A DNA stretch of 52,321 nt, from contig DCAW01000005.1 of NCBI GenBank assembly GCA_002313895.1, positions 17,358 to 69,678 of the forward strand, given 5' to 3'. This document shows, in pieces, positions 26,974 through 35,914 of the stretch. The notes beneath the pieces were generated by a model. That model was not told the DNA's origin. It saw nothing but the letters and a program-made list of their open reading frames with translations, and made no database searches. A program made the position numbers and the translations under genes. Numbering within the stretch: the first letter of the stretch is position 1; each line of letters opens with the position of its first letter. The DNA is from Dehalococcoidia bacterium UBA1123 (GTDB lineage Bacteria; Chloroflexota; Dehalococcoidia; Lucifugimonadales; UBA1123).

Positions 26974-27513
26974 ATGGAACTGCTTGAGTTCGCGACCGAG
27001 ATGTTTAAAGAATACGCAGGTCGGCTATACGGTTACCTTGACGGCCTGACCGAAGACGAGCTTAACTGGCGCCCCAATGCTGAAACTAACTCAATCGCGT
27101 TCATCATGTGGCACACAGCGCGAGTCGAGGATCGTTGGTTTCAGATATTCTGTCAGGACAAGCCTGACCTTTGGACCAGCGGACGTTGGTTCGAGAAGCT
27201 TGGCATGGATGAAAATCAATCAGCGGTCGGTCTGACCGCTGATGATTTGGCGTCTTTTCCCCATCTGACGATGGAAAACTTGAAGTCGTTTTTCGAAGCA
27301 GTCCGAGCAGAGACTCGCACATACCTAGGCAGTATCGGCCCCGATGACCTGGAGGCATCGCCCGGCAGGTCCCCGTTTGGCGGTTCAGCAGCCAACAACA
27401 GGTTCGCGCAATTCACGATTCAGAGAATGTTTCGTCAGCTGATCCAAGAGGAGATTCAGCATCTGGGTCAAATTGGAATGCTCAGGGGTTTGCAACGCGG
27501 CATGGACAAGTAG
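26974..27513 (+). CDS. DinB family protein
   Basis: LNWRP...NSIAFIMWH..RVED and QHLGQI motifs. Confidence 0.88.
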   Translation: MELLEFATEMFKEYAGRLYGYLDGLTEDELNWRPNAETNSIAFIMWHTARVEDRWFQIFCQDKPDLWTSGRWFEKLGMDENQSAVGLTADDLASFPHLTMENLKSFFEAVRAETRTYLGSIGPDDLEASPGRSPFGGSAANNRFAQFTIQRMFRQLIQEEIQHLGQIGMLRGLQRGMDK

Positions 27514-27528
27514 GGAACGGAGACAGGC

Positions 27529-28617
27529 ATGCTTGATCGATTCAAAGTCCCGAAAGAAGACCAGATCAGAATTTCCCAGGACTCTCTCCGAGCTTCGGTT
27601 ACCGCGATTTTTAAGAAGATGGGACTGGAATCCGAGGACGCCGCCAACGGGGCCGACGTGCTTGTGACCGCCGATCTCAGAGGCATCGAGACTCACGGTG
27701 TCTCCAATAAAATGGCCGACTATGTTCGCATGTACACGTCCAACGAGATCAACCCCAGGCCGGAATGGCGAATCGTCCGAGAATCTCCCGGCACGGCGGT
27801 GATCGACGGCGACCGGGGTCTTGGTATCATCCTCGGCAACAAAGCGATGTCTCTGGCAATCGAGAAAGCGCGTTCAGTTGGCGTTGGAATCGTCACAATA
27901 TATAACAGCGCGCACCTGGGCGCGGTTGGGCATTTTTCGATGCAGGCTGCTAATGAGGGAATGGTGGGAATGTGCGGCACTGCCCTCGGCCTGGGCATTC
28001 TTCCAACATATGGAGCGGTGCCGAGGCTGGGGACAAATCCTATATCCATCGCGGCTCCGGCAGGCGACGAACCGCCTCTGCTGTTCGACGCTGCAACATC
28101 AGCCGTGGCCGGCAACAAACTCCGGCTAGCCGCCCGCGTTGGGGCCGATCTTCTCCCTGGATGGGTCGCATCCAAAGACGGCACGCCTATTATGGAAAAC
28201 GCCCCAGTTCCCGAGCCAGGAGAATACCACATGCTACCCATCGGCGGCACTCGCGAGCAGGGCTCACATAAAGGCTATGGTTTCGGGATGATGGTCGAGA
28301 TACTTGCGACGATGCTCTCGGGTGTTCTGCCGAACATGGTCGACCCTTCGGCGAAGGCCAGACACTATTTCGCGGCGTATGACATCGCTGCTTTCACTGA
28401 CCTTGATAATTTCACGTCCAACATGGACCAGATGCTCAAAACACTCCGCGAGACGAAGCCTGCGCCGGGTCATGATCGGGTACTGTACCCAGGACTCTCC
28501 GAGTCTGAGGACGAACAGGAACGTCGCGCCAACGGCATACCGTTGCATCAAGAAGTTGTGGAGTGGTTCGACGACCTCACGGGCAAACTTTTGGTCCCTC
28601 GCTTGGTCAGAATGTAA
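27529..28617 (+). CDS. Ldh_2 family (type 2 malate/L-lactate/sulfolactate dehydrogenase-like) oxidoreductase
   Basis: ADLRGIETHG, HLGA, GTNPI, FDAATS, HKGYG, VLYPG. Confidence 0.9.
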   Translation: MLDRFKVPKEDQIRISQDSLRASVTAIFKKMGLESEDAANGADVLVTADLRGIETHGVSNKMADYVRMYTSNEINPRPEWRIVRESPGTAVIDGDRGLGIILGNKAMSLAIEKARSVGVGIVTIYNSAHLGAVGHFSMQAANEGMVGMCGTALGLGILPTYGAVPRLGTNPISIAAPAGDEPPLLFDAATSAVAGNKLRLAARVGADLLPGWVASKDGTPIMENAPVPEPGEYHMLPIGGTREQGSHKGYGFGMMVEILATMLSGVLPNMVDPSAKARHYFAAYDIAAFTDLDNFTSNMDQMLKTLRETKPAPGHDRVLYPGLSESEDEQERRANGIPLHQEVVEWFDDLTGKLLVPRLVRM

Positions 28618-28656
28618 CGCGATCTCAAGACAATCAGCCCATCGGAGATTCTAGGC

Positions 28657-29430
28657 ATGGTAGATCACAAGAAAGTGTTATTGACCGGCGCGGCAGGCCG
28701 TGTGGGAACATATTTGCGAGAACGCCTCGTCGACAAATATCAACTTAGTGGCACCGACAGAATTCCAGTCGATGGTTTCGATTCCATGACAGCGGATCTC
28801 ACAAACTTCGACGCTATACTCCCGGCTATGGAAGGCAAAGACACGGTCGTACACCTGGCCGCGGAGCCTCGACACACTCCTGACATCTGGTGGGATCTGC
28901 TTTTGCCAGACAACATCATAGCAACCGCCAACGTGTTCGAGGCGTCGCGCCGGGGCGGGGTCAAGCGCGTAATTTTCTTTAGCTCGATGCACGTCACAGG
29001 CTTCTATGAGCGGGACGAACCGTGGCGTGCGATCGCGGAGGGAAAATACGGGAATCTCGACCCGAATGACGTGCCGCTGGTGACCCACGATATGCCAACT
29101 CGGCCCGATGGCCCATACGCCGCCAGCAAGATTTTCGGTGAATCTCTTGGCGCCTACTATGCCGAGGAGTACGGCATGACGGTAATCTGCATTCGCCTGG
29201 GCACGATGGGCGGCGGAGATCGGCCCGGTGAGGACTCGCGAAGCTACATTAGTTGGCTTAGTCGAAGAGACCTCGCGACTATGGTTGAGAGGTGCATCGA
29301 AGTCGAAGGCATCAGTTACGACATATTCTTCGGGGCATCCAATAACACATGGAAAATCTATGACACTCCCCGCGCCCACCGCGTGCTATTGTACGAGCCA
29401 CAGGATAACGCTGAGGATTACAGACCGTAG
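28657..29430 (+). CDS. NAD-dependent epimerase/dehydratase family (uronate dehydrogenase-like)
   Basis: TGAAGRVG, VVHLAA, FFSS, YAASK, WLSRRD. Confidence 0.85.
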   Translation: MVDHKKVLLTGAAGRVGTYLRERLVDKYQLSGTDRIPVDGFDSMTADLTNFDAILPAMEGKDTVVHLAAEPRHTPDIWWDLLLPDNIIATANVFEASRRGGVKRVIFFSSMHVTGFYERDEPWRAIAEGKYGNLDPNDVPLVTHDMPTRPDGPYAASKIFGESLGAYYAEEYGMTVICIRLGTMGGGDRPGEDSRSYISWLSRRDLATMVERCIEVEGISYDIFFGASNNTWKIYDTPRAHRVLLYEPQDNAEDYRP

Positions 29431-29454
29431 CCCGACGCATCTAAAGAGCGAACC

Positions 29455-30435
29455 TCACCCGGATGCGCTGTCGGAGCGTCTCGCCTTCCATCTCCGCCAC
29501 CGGCGCCAAATTCGCCACCGCAGATTCACGCGAGTTCGAAGGTTGGACGTGACGTACCGAGCCACTGGAGGGCTTCCCAACGTCAATGGCTGGACCCATC
29601 GGTGCAGATCCCGTGCGCTGGTTGTTCCGCTTTCCCAGTCAGGGACCAACGTGTCCGTTTCTTCCCATTTAATCGAGGGGAACATCCCCATTGCGCCCGA
29701 AGTTCTGGTCCCTCGAAACAACGCGCCGCCCGCCTCCATCGCCACGGCCACGCCGCCAACGATGTCCCACAAGTGAGGGCCGGTAGTAATCATGTATTGG
29801 GTGATTCCTCGCGACACCATGACAAGCTCGTAGGCGATGCTTCCTGTCACACGAAGCTCGCCCACCTTCCCACGCATTGGTTTTTTGAAATTCGATAGCG
29901 TCCCGAAGTAGCCAGGAAGGGTCACCATCACGTTGCCACGAGGTTCATCGGCCTCATGCACCGAGATCAGCTCAGAGTCAGCGAATGCTCCGCCCCCTTT
30001 GTGCGCGTGAAACACTATGCCTCCCCCTTCAGCAGGCCACGGGACGAAAACCGCACCCGCGACCGGAGCGCCTTTGTAAAGCACGCCGACAGAACAGGCA
30101 TAAACTGGCAGACCATGCAAAAAATTCTTTGTGCCGTCCAGTGGGTCCAAAACCCAGAGGAAATCAGGAGCCGGAGAAGTGTCCTCTTGTTTCTCCTTGT
30201 CGTCCTCTTCGCCAAGGATTCCATGATCGGGAAATCGGGCTTCGATCGCTTTGTAGAGATAATCCTGCGTTTCTCGGTCGGCTTGTGATACAGGGTCGCT
30301 CTCCCGTTTGTCTTTGTATTCGACTTTGATCTTCTGCCCAAAATATTTGCCCAGAATCACCCCGCCCTGTCGGGCTATCTCAACGGCGTGCTGTTCGATG
30401 TCGATCAGAAGTTGGTCGTCGATTGTTTGTTGCAT
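29455..30435 (-). CDS. Inositol monophosphatase family protein
   Basis: ILGEE, WVLDPLDGTKNF, WDIVGG...EAGG. Confidence 0.9.
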   Translation of the reverse strand: MQQTIDDQLLIDIEQHAVEIARQGGVILGKYFGQKIKVEYKDKRESDPVSQADRETQDYLYKAIEARFPDHGILGEEDDKEKQEDTSPAPDFLWVLDPLDGTKNFLHGLPVYACSVGVLYKGAPVAGAVFVPWPAEGGGIVFHAHKGGGAFADSELISVHEADEPRGNVMVTLPGYFGTLSNFKKPMRGKVGELRVTGSIAYELVMVSRGITQYMITTGPHLWDIVGGVAVAMEAGGALFRGTRTSGAMGMFPSIKWEETDTLVPDWESGTTSARDLHRWVQPLTLGSPPVARYVTSNLRTRVNLRWRIWRRWRRWKARRSDSASG

Positions 30436-30523
30436 ATGTCTCCGAATCCGCCAGTCAGATTCTACGAAGTATAACCCATTGGGATATGATTGCTTCTAGA
30501 TTTCATAAAGCAGGTCAATTCAT

Positions 30524-31303
30524 TTGACCAGAGAACTTCAGGGGCGTGTCGCCATCGTTACCGGCGCGAGCCGCCGCCAGGGGATTGGGTTTGCCATTGC
30601 TCGCCGACTGGCGTCGATGGGCGCGGGCCTGTTTCTTCAATCTTACGCTCCGTATGACCGCTTGAAGCCGTGGGGCGCTAACGAGCAGAATGGCGATGGT
30701 ATGGTGTCGGAACTTAGAGCAACAGGCGTCCGAGTGGAGAGCATTGAATTGGAGCTCTCAGAACCTGGCTCCCCTGCAAAACTCGTCACCAGCGCCACCG
30801 AGATGCACGGCCATGTTGACATCCTGGTCATCAACCACGCCTACGACGTCGCGGAATCGCTCGACGAACTGAGCATTGAGTAGATTGATATGCACCTCGC
30901 CATCAACGTCAGTGCGCCATTGCTGCTGGCCAAGGAATTCGCTCGGCGACACGACTGTAGACAGAGGGGAAGAATCGTGAAGATGACGTCTGGGCAACAT
31001 CTCGGCCCAATGCCATCGTAGTTGGCTTACGTGGCTTCGAAAGGCGCTCTGCATCAGTTGACCGCCAGTCTCGGCGATGCGCTGATTGAGAGAGGCATCA
31101 TTGTGAACACAGTAAACCCTGGCCCAACCGACACTGGTTGGCCTACCGATGAAGAACGTGAATCGGCTCTCAAAAACATGCCATTTATTCGTTGTGGAGA
31201 GCCTGACAACACTGCAAGACTAGTCGCATGGCTGGTCTCTGACGACGCCAGATACATAACCGGCCAGGTAATCAACTCAGAAGGCGGGTTCAGGGGAGGC
31301 TAG
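30524..31303 (+). pseudogene. SDR family oxidoreductase interrupted by two in-frame TAG codons
   Basis: TGASRRQGIG, YVASK and VNPGPTDTG all in one frame; TAG at 30881-30883 and 31019-31021. Confidence 0.8.
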
Positions 31304-31833
31304 AGACGTTCTAACTCTCTGAGTTTTTCGATTTGACGCTCACGGTCAAACGGGGATTTTCCGAGCCTGCCCAGCCTCAAAATCTCGTCTCGCGGTTGCA
31401 AAACACGATCGACTAGATCACGCAAATAGTTTTTTTGATCGGTGTTTAACTCCAACTCGTCCTCGTTATGTACGACCAATGGACCGTCCACTGGTAAAGA
31501 CACGTCAATGCCCAAATCAACCCAACTCAGGGTCGTGCCATCAAACTTGGCAGGTTTCGCCACATTGATGTACCAGTAGTTGTTGCACGTTTTTCTCTCA
31601 GCCCGGTCGATAATGTTATACGAACGGTCGGTGAAGTAAATTTCTATCGCCGAGACCTCCGCCGGTTCCAAAAGGCAATTATCATGACCATACATCGGGG
31701 AGCGAGCCGGAACATACACACGCACAACGCTACCCACGTGGTCAACAAACTGGGCTTCGTAAAGATCTCGTTGCGCGCCGCCGTATCTGATGGACAACAC
31801 TCGTATTGTGGAGCCTCTGGCAATGTCGCCCAT
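31300..31833 (-). CDS. DUF402 domain-containing protein
   Basis: YFTDRSYNI, WYINVAKPA, WVDLGIDV, HNEDEL pattern. Confidence 0.65.
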   Translation of the reverse strand: MGDIARGSTIRVLSIRYGGAQRDLYEAQFVDHVGSVVRVYVPARSPMYGHDNCLLEPAEVSAIEIYFTDRSYNIIDRAERKTCNNYWYINVAKPAKFDGTTLSWVDLGIDVSLPVDGPLVVHNEDELELNTDQKNYLRDLVDRVLQPRDEILRLGRLGKSPFDRERQIEKLRELERL

Positions 31834-31844
31834 TTTGAAAAGTC

Positions 31845-31890
31845 CATCAAAGAATCGTTAGGGACGGCCTGTCGCCGTCCCTAACGATTC
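31845..31890 (-). terminator. Intrinsic terminator of the DAHP synthase gene
   Basis: Perfect 17-bp stem GAATCGTTAGGGACGGC/GCCGTCCCTAACGATTC (31852-31890); short T-run follows on the minus strand. Confidence 0.75.
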
Positions 31891-31915
31891 ATCCAGAGAG
31901 AGAAGGGGTCGCGAC

Positions 31916-32992
31916 CTAGTCGCCTACTGGCACGCGGACAACGTCGCCCACCTGCTCGTGCGCCCAGCCAAGAAGCTGTGCCGTTTCATCCCACCCAATG
32001 CAGGCGTCGGTGACAGAAACGCCGTACTCCATTTTGGAGCGGTCGCTGTTCAATTTCTGGGCGCCTGGATTCAAGTTGGATTCCATCATGCAGCCTATAA
32101 TATTGGTGTTGCCGTCGTGGCGTTGACCGATAACATCTTTGAACGCTGTTCCTTGCAGTCTATGATCTTTGTTCGAGTTGCCGTGGGAGCAGTCCACGAG
32201 TAGCTGTGGCCGAACGTTGCCTGCCGTGAGAAGGTCATGAGCTTCCGCGACGGCATCCGCTCCGAAGTTCGGACCTTGACGACCGCCCCTTAGCACCAGG
32301 TGGCCGTAAGGGTTGCCGCAAGTGTTAACCACCGCAGTCTGACCGAAGTGGTCAATGCCGAGGAACGCGTGAGGAGATTGGGCCGAGATCATGGCATCCA
32401 CCGCAATCTGCGCCGTGCCGTCTGTGCCATTCTTGAATCCGACGGGCATGCTGAGACCGGAGGCCATCTGCCGATGGGTCTGACTCTCGGTGGTGCGAGC
32501 GCCTATAGTAGACCAGGCAATAACATCGGACAGATATTGAGGAATGATGGGATCGAGAAATTCTGTGCCGATGGGCATTCCCTTATCATTGATCTTGAGC
32601 ATGAGAGAGCGGGCCTTTTCGAGACCGGTAGCGATGTCGAAAGTGTCGTCCAGGTTGGGGTCGTAGATCATACCCTTCCAGCCCACAGTGGTACGGGGCT
32701 TCTCGAAGTAAACTCGCATAACTATGAGCAGGCGGTCCTTCAATTTTCCGGCAAGTTCGACAAGCCGGTCCGCGTATTCCAGCGCCGCTTCTTCGTCATG
32801 GATGGAGCATGGCCCCACAACCATCAGCATTCGTGAATCTCTGCCCTCCAGGATTTCGCGTATCTGCTGTCTGCCATCCAGCACGGTTTTCTCCGCCTCT
32901 GGAGTAATTGGCAGTTGACTTACCAAATCTACCGGTGATTTCAATTTAACTGTGCTCACGACGTTCACATCCCTAGTTGGTGACTCTTGCAT
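31916..32992 (-). CDS. 3-deoxy-7-phosphoheptulonate (DAHP) synthase, class I-alpha (AroF/AroG/AroH type)
   Basis: VGPCSIHD, RVYFEKPRTTVGWKG, IGARTTESQTHR, VDCSHGNS, SVTDACIGW. Confidence 0.96.
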   Translation of the reverse strand: MQESPTRDVNVVSTVKLKSPVDLVSQLPITPEAEKTVLDGRQQIREILEGRDSRMLMVVGPCSIHDEEAALEYADRLVELAGKLKDRLLIVMRVYFEKPRTTVGWKGMIYDPNLDDTFDIATGLEKARSLMLKINDKGMPIGTEFLDPIIPQYLSDVIAWSTIGARTTESQTHRQMASGLSMPVGFKNGTDGTAQIAVDAMISAQSPHAFLGIDHFGQTAVVNTCGNPYGHLVLRGGRQGPNFGADAVAEAHDLLTAGNVRPQLLVDCSHGNSNKDHRLQGTAFKDVIGQRHDGNTNIIGCMMESNLNPGAQKLNSDRSKMEYGVSVTDACIGWDETAQLLGWAHEQVGDVVRVPVGD

Positions 32993-33040
32993 CGGATCAT
33001 CCCTCCCTGGCTTTGTAATTCCTCTGTTTTTCGTGAAATT

Positions 33041-33133
33041 AAAAAACCTCAGTCACTGCCGACTGAGGTTCTGGTGGTCTTTGACTTACAGGCTACTAAA
33101 GTATCAAGGCACCATAACTCGATCGGCAGTGAC
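33041..33133 (-). promoter_or_regulatory. Transcription attenuator (terminator and antiterminator)
   Basis: mRNA terminator AACCTCAGTC-ggcagt-GACTGAGGTT-TTTT (33070-33041); GTCACTGCCGA (33133-33123) is perfectly complementary to TCGGCAGTGAC (33062-33052) inside the terminator. Confidence 0.85.
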
Positions 33134-33187
33134 GCCGGTAAAGTAAAAAGAGTAACCAAAATACCCGTAGGTGTATGAATTGTTCAT
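33104..33187 (-). CDS. Tyr/Phe-rich attenuator leader peptide (27 aa)
   Basis: MNNSYTYGYFGYSFYFTGVTADRVMVP: 5 Tyr and 3 Phe within codons 5-16, upstream of an aromatic-pathway gene. Confidence 0.85.
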   Translation of the reverse strand: MNNSYTYGYFGYSFYFTGVTADRVMVP

Positions 33188-33197
33188 CTTAGACACA

Positions 33198-33227
33198 AGA
33201 ATACTCATATCGTGAAAGTTTTGTCAA
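33198..33227 (-). promoter_or_regulatory. Sigma70-type promoter of leader plus DAHP synthase
   Basis: Minus strand TTGACA-18 nt-TATTCT, 10 nt before the leader ATG. Confidence 0.65.
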
Positions 33228-33352
33228 TAGGCTCTGTGACACTACGCCTCGCGAATTCGTGAGCGTCCGTTCGTTGACACCCGGTCAGAGGATGTGATTA
33301 TATTCCCCAAAACTTACCTCGCCCTGTTCTGCGGCTAACAAGGTGATTTTCA

Positions 33353-34309
33353 TTGACTGACAACTCGAGCAACCCATGCTGCGCGGCTTCACGCGGAATT
33401 CCGCCGTCGCAGACATCCGCCGCCCCCACAACCACTAACAAACCGCGCCGCGCTCCTAAAGGAATGGCCCACATTCCCGGTGGTGAGTACTTGATGGGCA
33501 CGAACGATCCGGCCGGGTCCCCTGGTGACGGAGAAGGCCCAGAGCGGCAGGTAACAGTCTCCTCTTTTTACATCGACGAGACCACGGTGACGAACGAGCA
33601 GTTCGTTCGATTCATCAAGGCCACCGGATACAAGACCGAGGCCGACCGGTACGATTGGTCTTTCGTGTTCCATCATTTCGTTTCAACGCGAATCGCGAAA
33701 ACCGTCACCCAGAGCGTGGCTGACGCTCCTTGGTGGTGGCAGGTCAAGGGCGCGAATTGGCGCAGGCCCGAAGGCCCCGGCTCGACATTCAGAGATCGGC
33801 TGGATCATCCAGTGGTTCACGTCGCTTGGACCGACGCTCTCGCCTACTGCGAGTGGGCAGGCAAGCGACTGCCCACAGAGGCGGAATGGGAGATGGCGGC
33901 CCGTGGCGGCCTAGATGGGGAAACATTCGCGTGGGGCGACGACCTGACGCCAGGCGGCAAGCATATGTGCAACATCTGGCAAGGCGTTTTCCCAGACCGA
34001 GACACAGCCGAGGATGGTTTCGCAGGCACAGCGCCCGCCCGGTCGTTCGAGCCGAACGGATATGGGCTCTACAACGTCGCCGGCAACGTTTGGGAGTGGC
34101 AATCCGACTGGTTCAGTCCCGACTACCACCGAGCAGAGCCCCGGAAAAATCCCACAGGGGCAACCACCGGCGTTTCCAAGAGCATCAGGGGCGGATCATA
34201 CCTATGCCACGACTCTTACTGCAACAGGTACAGAGTGGCAGCCCGAAGCTCTAACACTCCTGATTCTTCCACGGGCAACCTCGGCTTCCGCTGTGTAGTG
34301 GATGCCTGA
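33353..34309 (+). CDS. Formylglycine-generating enzyme (sulfatase-modifying factor 1)
   Basis: RLPTEAEWE, GNVWEW, RGGSYLCHDSYCNRYRVAAR with both catalytic Cys, NLGFRC. Confidence 0.92.
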   Translation: MTDNSSNPCCAASRGIPPSQTSAAPTTTNKPRRAPKGMAHIPGGEYLMGTNDPAGSPGDGEGPERQVTVSSFYIDETTVTNEQFVRFIKATGYKTEADRYDWSFVFHHFVSTRIAKTVTQSVADAPWWWQVKGANWRRPEGPGSTFRDRLDHPVVHVAWTDALAYCEWAGKRLPTEAEWEMAARGGLDGETFAWGDDLTPGGKHMCNIWQGVFPDRDTAEDGFAGTAPARSFEPNGYGLYNVAGNVWEWQSDWFSPDYHRAEPRKNPTGATTGVSKSIRGGSYLCHDSYCNRYRVAARSSNTPDSSTGNLGFRCVVDA

Positions 34310-34381
34310 CACCTTGCAACGGACCGAGCAGACTCTACGGCGATCGAAATCTCGAATCGACGACCAGCGGAGGCACTGAGA

Positions 34382-35875
34382 ATGGCAGACCGACACAACC
34401 TCGTGGTAATCCTCAGCGACCAACAGCGTTACGACACGATGGCCTGTTATGGCAACGATTGGATTCAGACTCCACGTCTCAATGCGCTGGCCGATGAGAG
34501 CTTCGTATTCGAGGCTCCGTATGTCACTCAGCCGGTGTGCACGCCCTCACGTGTTTCCCTGCTCACCGGATTGTATCCCCATGCCGCTGGGCCAATCATG
34601 AACAAGATGCGCCTCGATCCTGACATCCCGGTCATCGCAGAAATGGTGTCCGAGGAGTACCACTGCGGCTACTACGGCAAGTGGCATCTGGGCGATGATC
34701 TGGAATCCCAACACGGATTTCACGAATGGGTTAGCTCAGAGGACGGGCACCGGCCAGAATACACCCGCCGTGAGTACCTCCGTCGGATGAGCGACTATCA
34801 CAGATACCTGGTCGACCAGGGTTATGAGCCTGAGACGGAGGTGGCGGGTGAAAAGATATTCGACGCTTTCCAGAGGGCGGAGCTTCCCGAAGAACACCAG
34901 ATGGCCGCTTTTCTCGGCAGAGGTGCCGCCGAATTCATTGGCCGCAACAAAGACAGGCCGTTCGTGCTTTACGTCAGCACGTTCGAGCCGCATCCGCCCT
35001 TTTACGGCCCGTTGAACGATCTCTATGACCCTGACGACATCCCTACCGGGCCGACGTTTCTGCAGCGCCCCGAAGGCGGGTCTCTGGTCAATCGCGCGAG
35101 GGCCGATTACAACCTCCAGTTCATCGACACGGGCGTGACGCCGAGCCCAGACGAGTACATCGTCGCTGCGAACGCGGCCGGTCTTGGCAACGAGGTGACC
35201 ACAGAATCCGACTGGCTCCGAATGCGCGCCCGCTACATGGCGAACATGACTCTGGTCGACCGAATGGTCGGAGACATCACCGACGCGCTTGAGCGAGCGG
35301 GCATCGCGGACAACACTGCCGTGGTGTTCACCAGCGACCACGGCGAGATGATTGGCGATCATGCCATGCTTGAAAAGCGCTCGTTCTATGAAGAGGCGTC
35401 TCGCGTCCCGCTTTTGATTCGCGCTCCGTGGATCGGCGGCGGCGATAAGGTTCCAGGCAGCATCAGCCAAATCGACCTCGTCCCCACGCTGCTTGACCTT
35501 TTGGACGACGATATTCCCGTTCATCTTCAGGGCACAAGCCAACTCGGAGTCCTCAAAGGCGAGGAGACATTGGACGACAACGACGTATTCATTCAATGGA
35601 ACGGTATCCACCCAGAAATGGAGGACAGGCATCTTGGCAGCGCAGAAATCAACCGGATGCTCACTCTGCCCTGGCGTTCAGTTGTGTCTGATCGCTGGAA
35701 GCTAAATCTGTGCGCCGGAGACCAGTGCGAGTTATTTGACCTGCGCTCAGACCCTCACGAAATGAACAATCTTTTCAACGACCCAACCCACCGCGACCGA
35801 ATCCGAGATATGGCGGCACGCGTACATACTTGGCAGGTGAGGACCGGAGACACGGCCCCGCTGCCCTCAGTCTAG
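34382..35875 (+). CDS. Cys-type sulfatase
   Basis: SDQQR, CTPSRVSLLTG (CxPxR), GKWHLG, TSDHG, DPHEMNNL. Confidence 0.92.
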   Translation: MADRHNLVVILSDQQRYDTMACYGNDWIQTPRLNALADESFVFEAPYVTQPVCTPSRVSLLTGLYPHAAGPIMNKMRLDPDIPVIAEMVSEEYHCGYYGKWHLGDDLESQHGFHEWVSSEDGHRPEYTRREYLRRMSDYHRYLVDQGYEPETEVAGEKIFDAFQRAELPEEHQMAAFLGRGAAEFIGRNKDRPFVLYVSTFEPHPPFYGPLNDLYDPDDIPTGPTFLQRPEGGSLVNRARADYNLQFIDTGVTPSPDEYIVAANAAGLGNEVTTESDWLRMRARYMANMTLVDRMVGDITDALERAGIADNTAVVFTSDHGEMIGDHAMLEKRSFYEEASRVPLLIRAPWIGGGDKVPGSISQIDLVPTLLDLLDDDIPVHLQGTSQLGVLKGEETLDDNDVFIQWNGIHPEMEDRHLGSAEINRMLTLPWRSVVSDRWKLNLCAGDQCELFDLRSDPHEMNNLFNDPTHRDRIRDMAARVHTWQVRTGDTAPLPSV

Positions 35876-35914
35876 CCTTGAGTGTCAGGCCCCATTGTCG
35901 AGGTTGTTCAAAGG

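Noticed and set aside
33041-33190. T-box riboswitch upstream of DAHP synthase
   Set aside because: No T-box UGGNACC bulge or stem I on the sense strand; the leader-peptide model explains the region.
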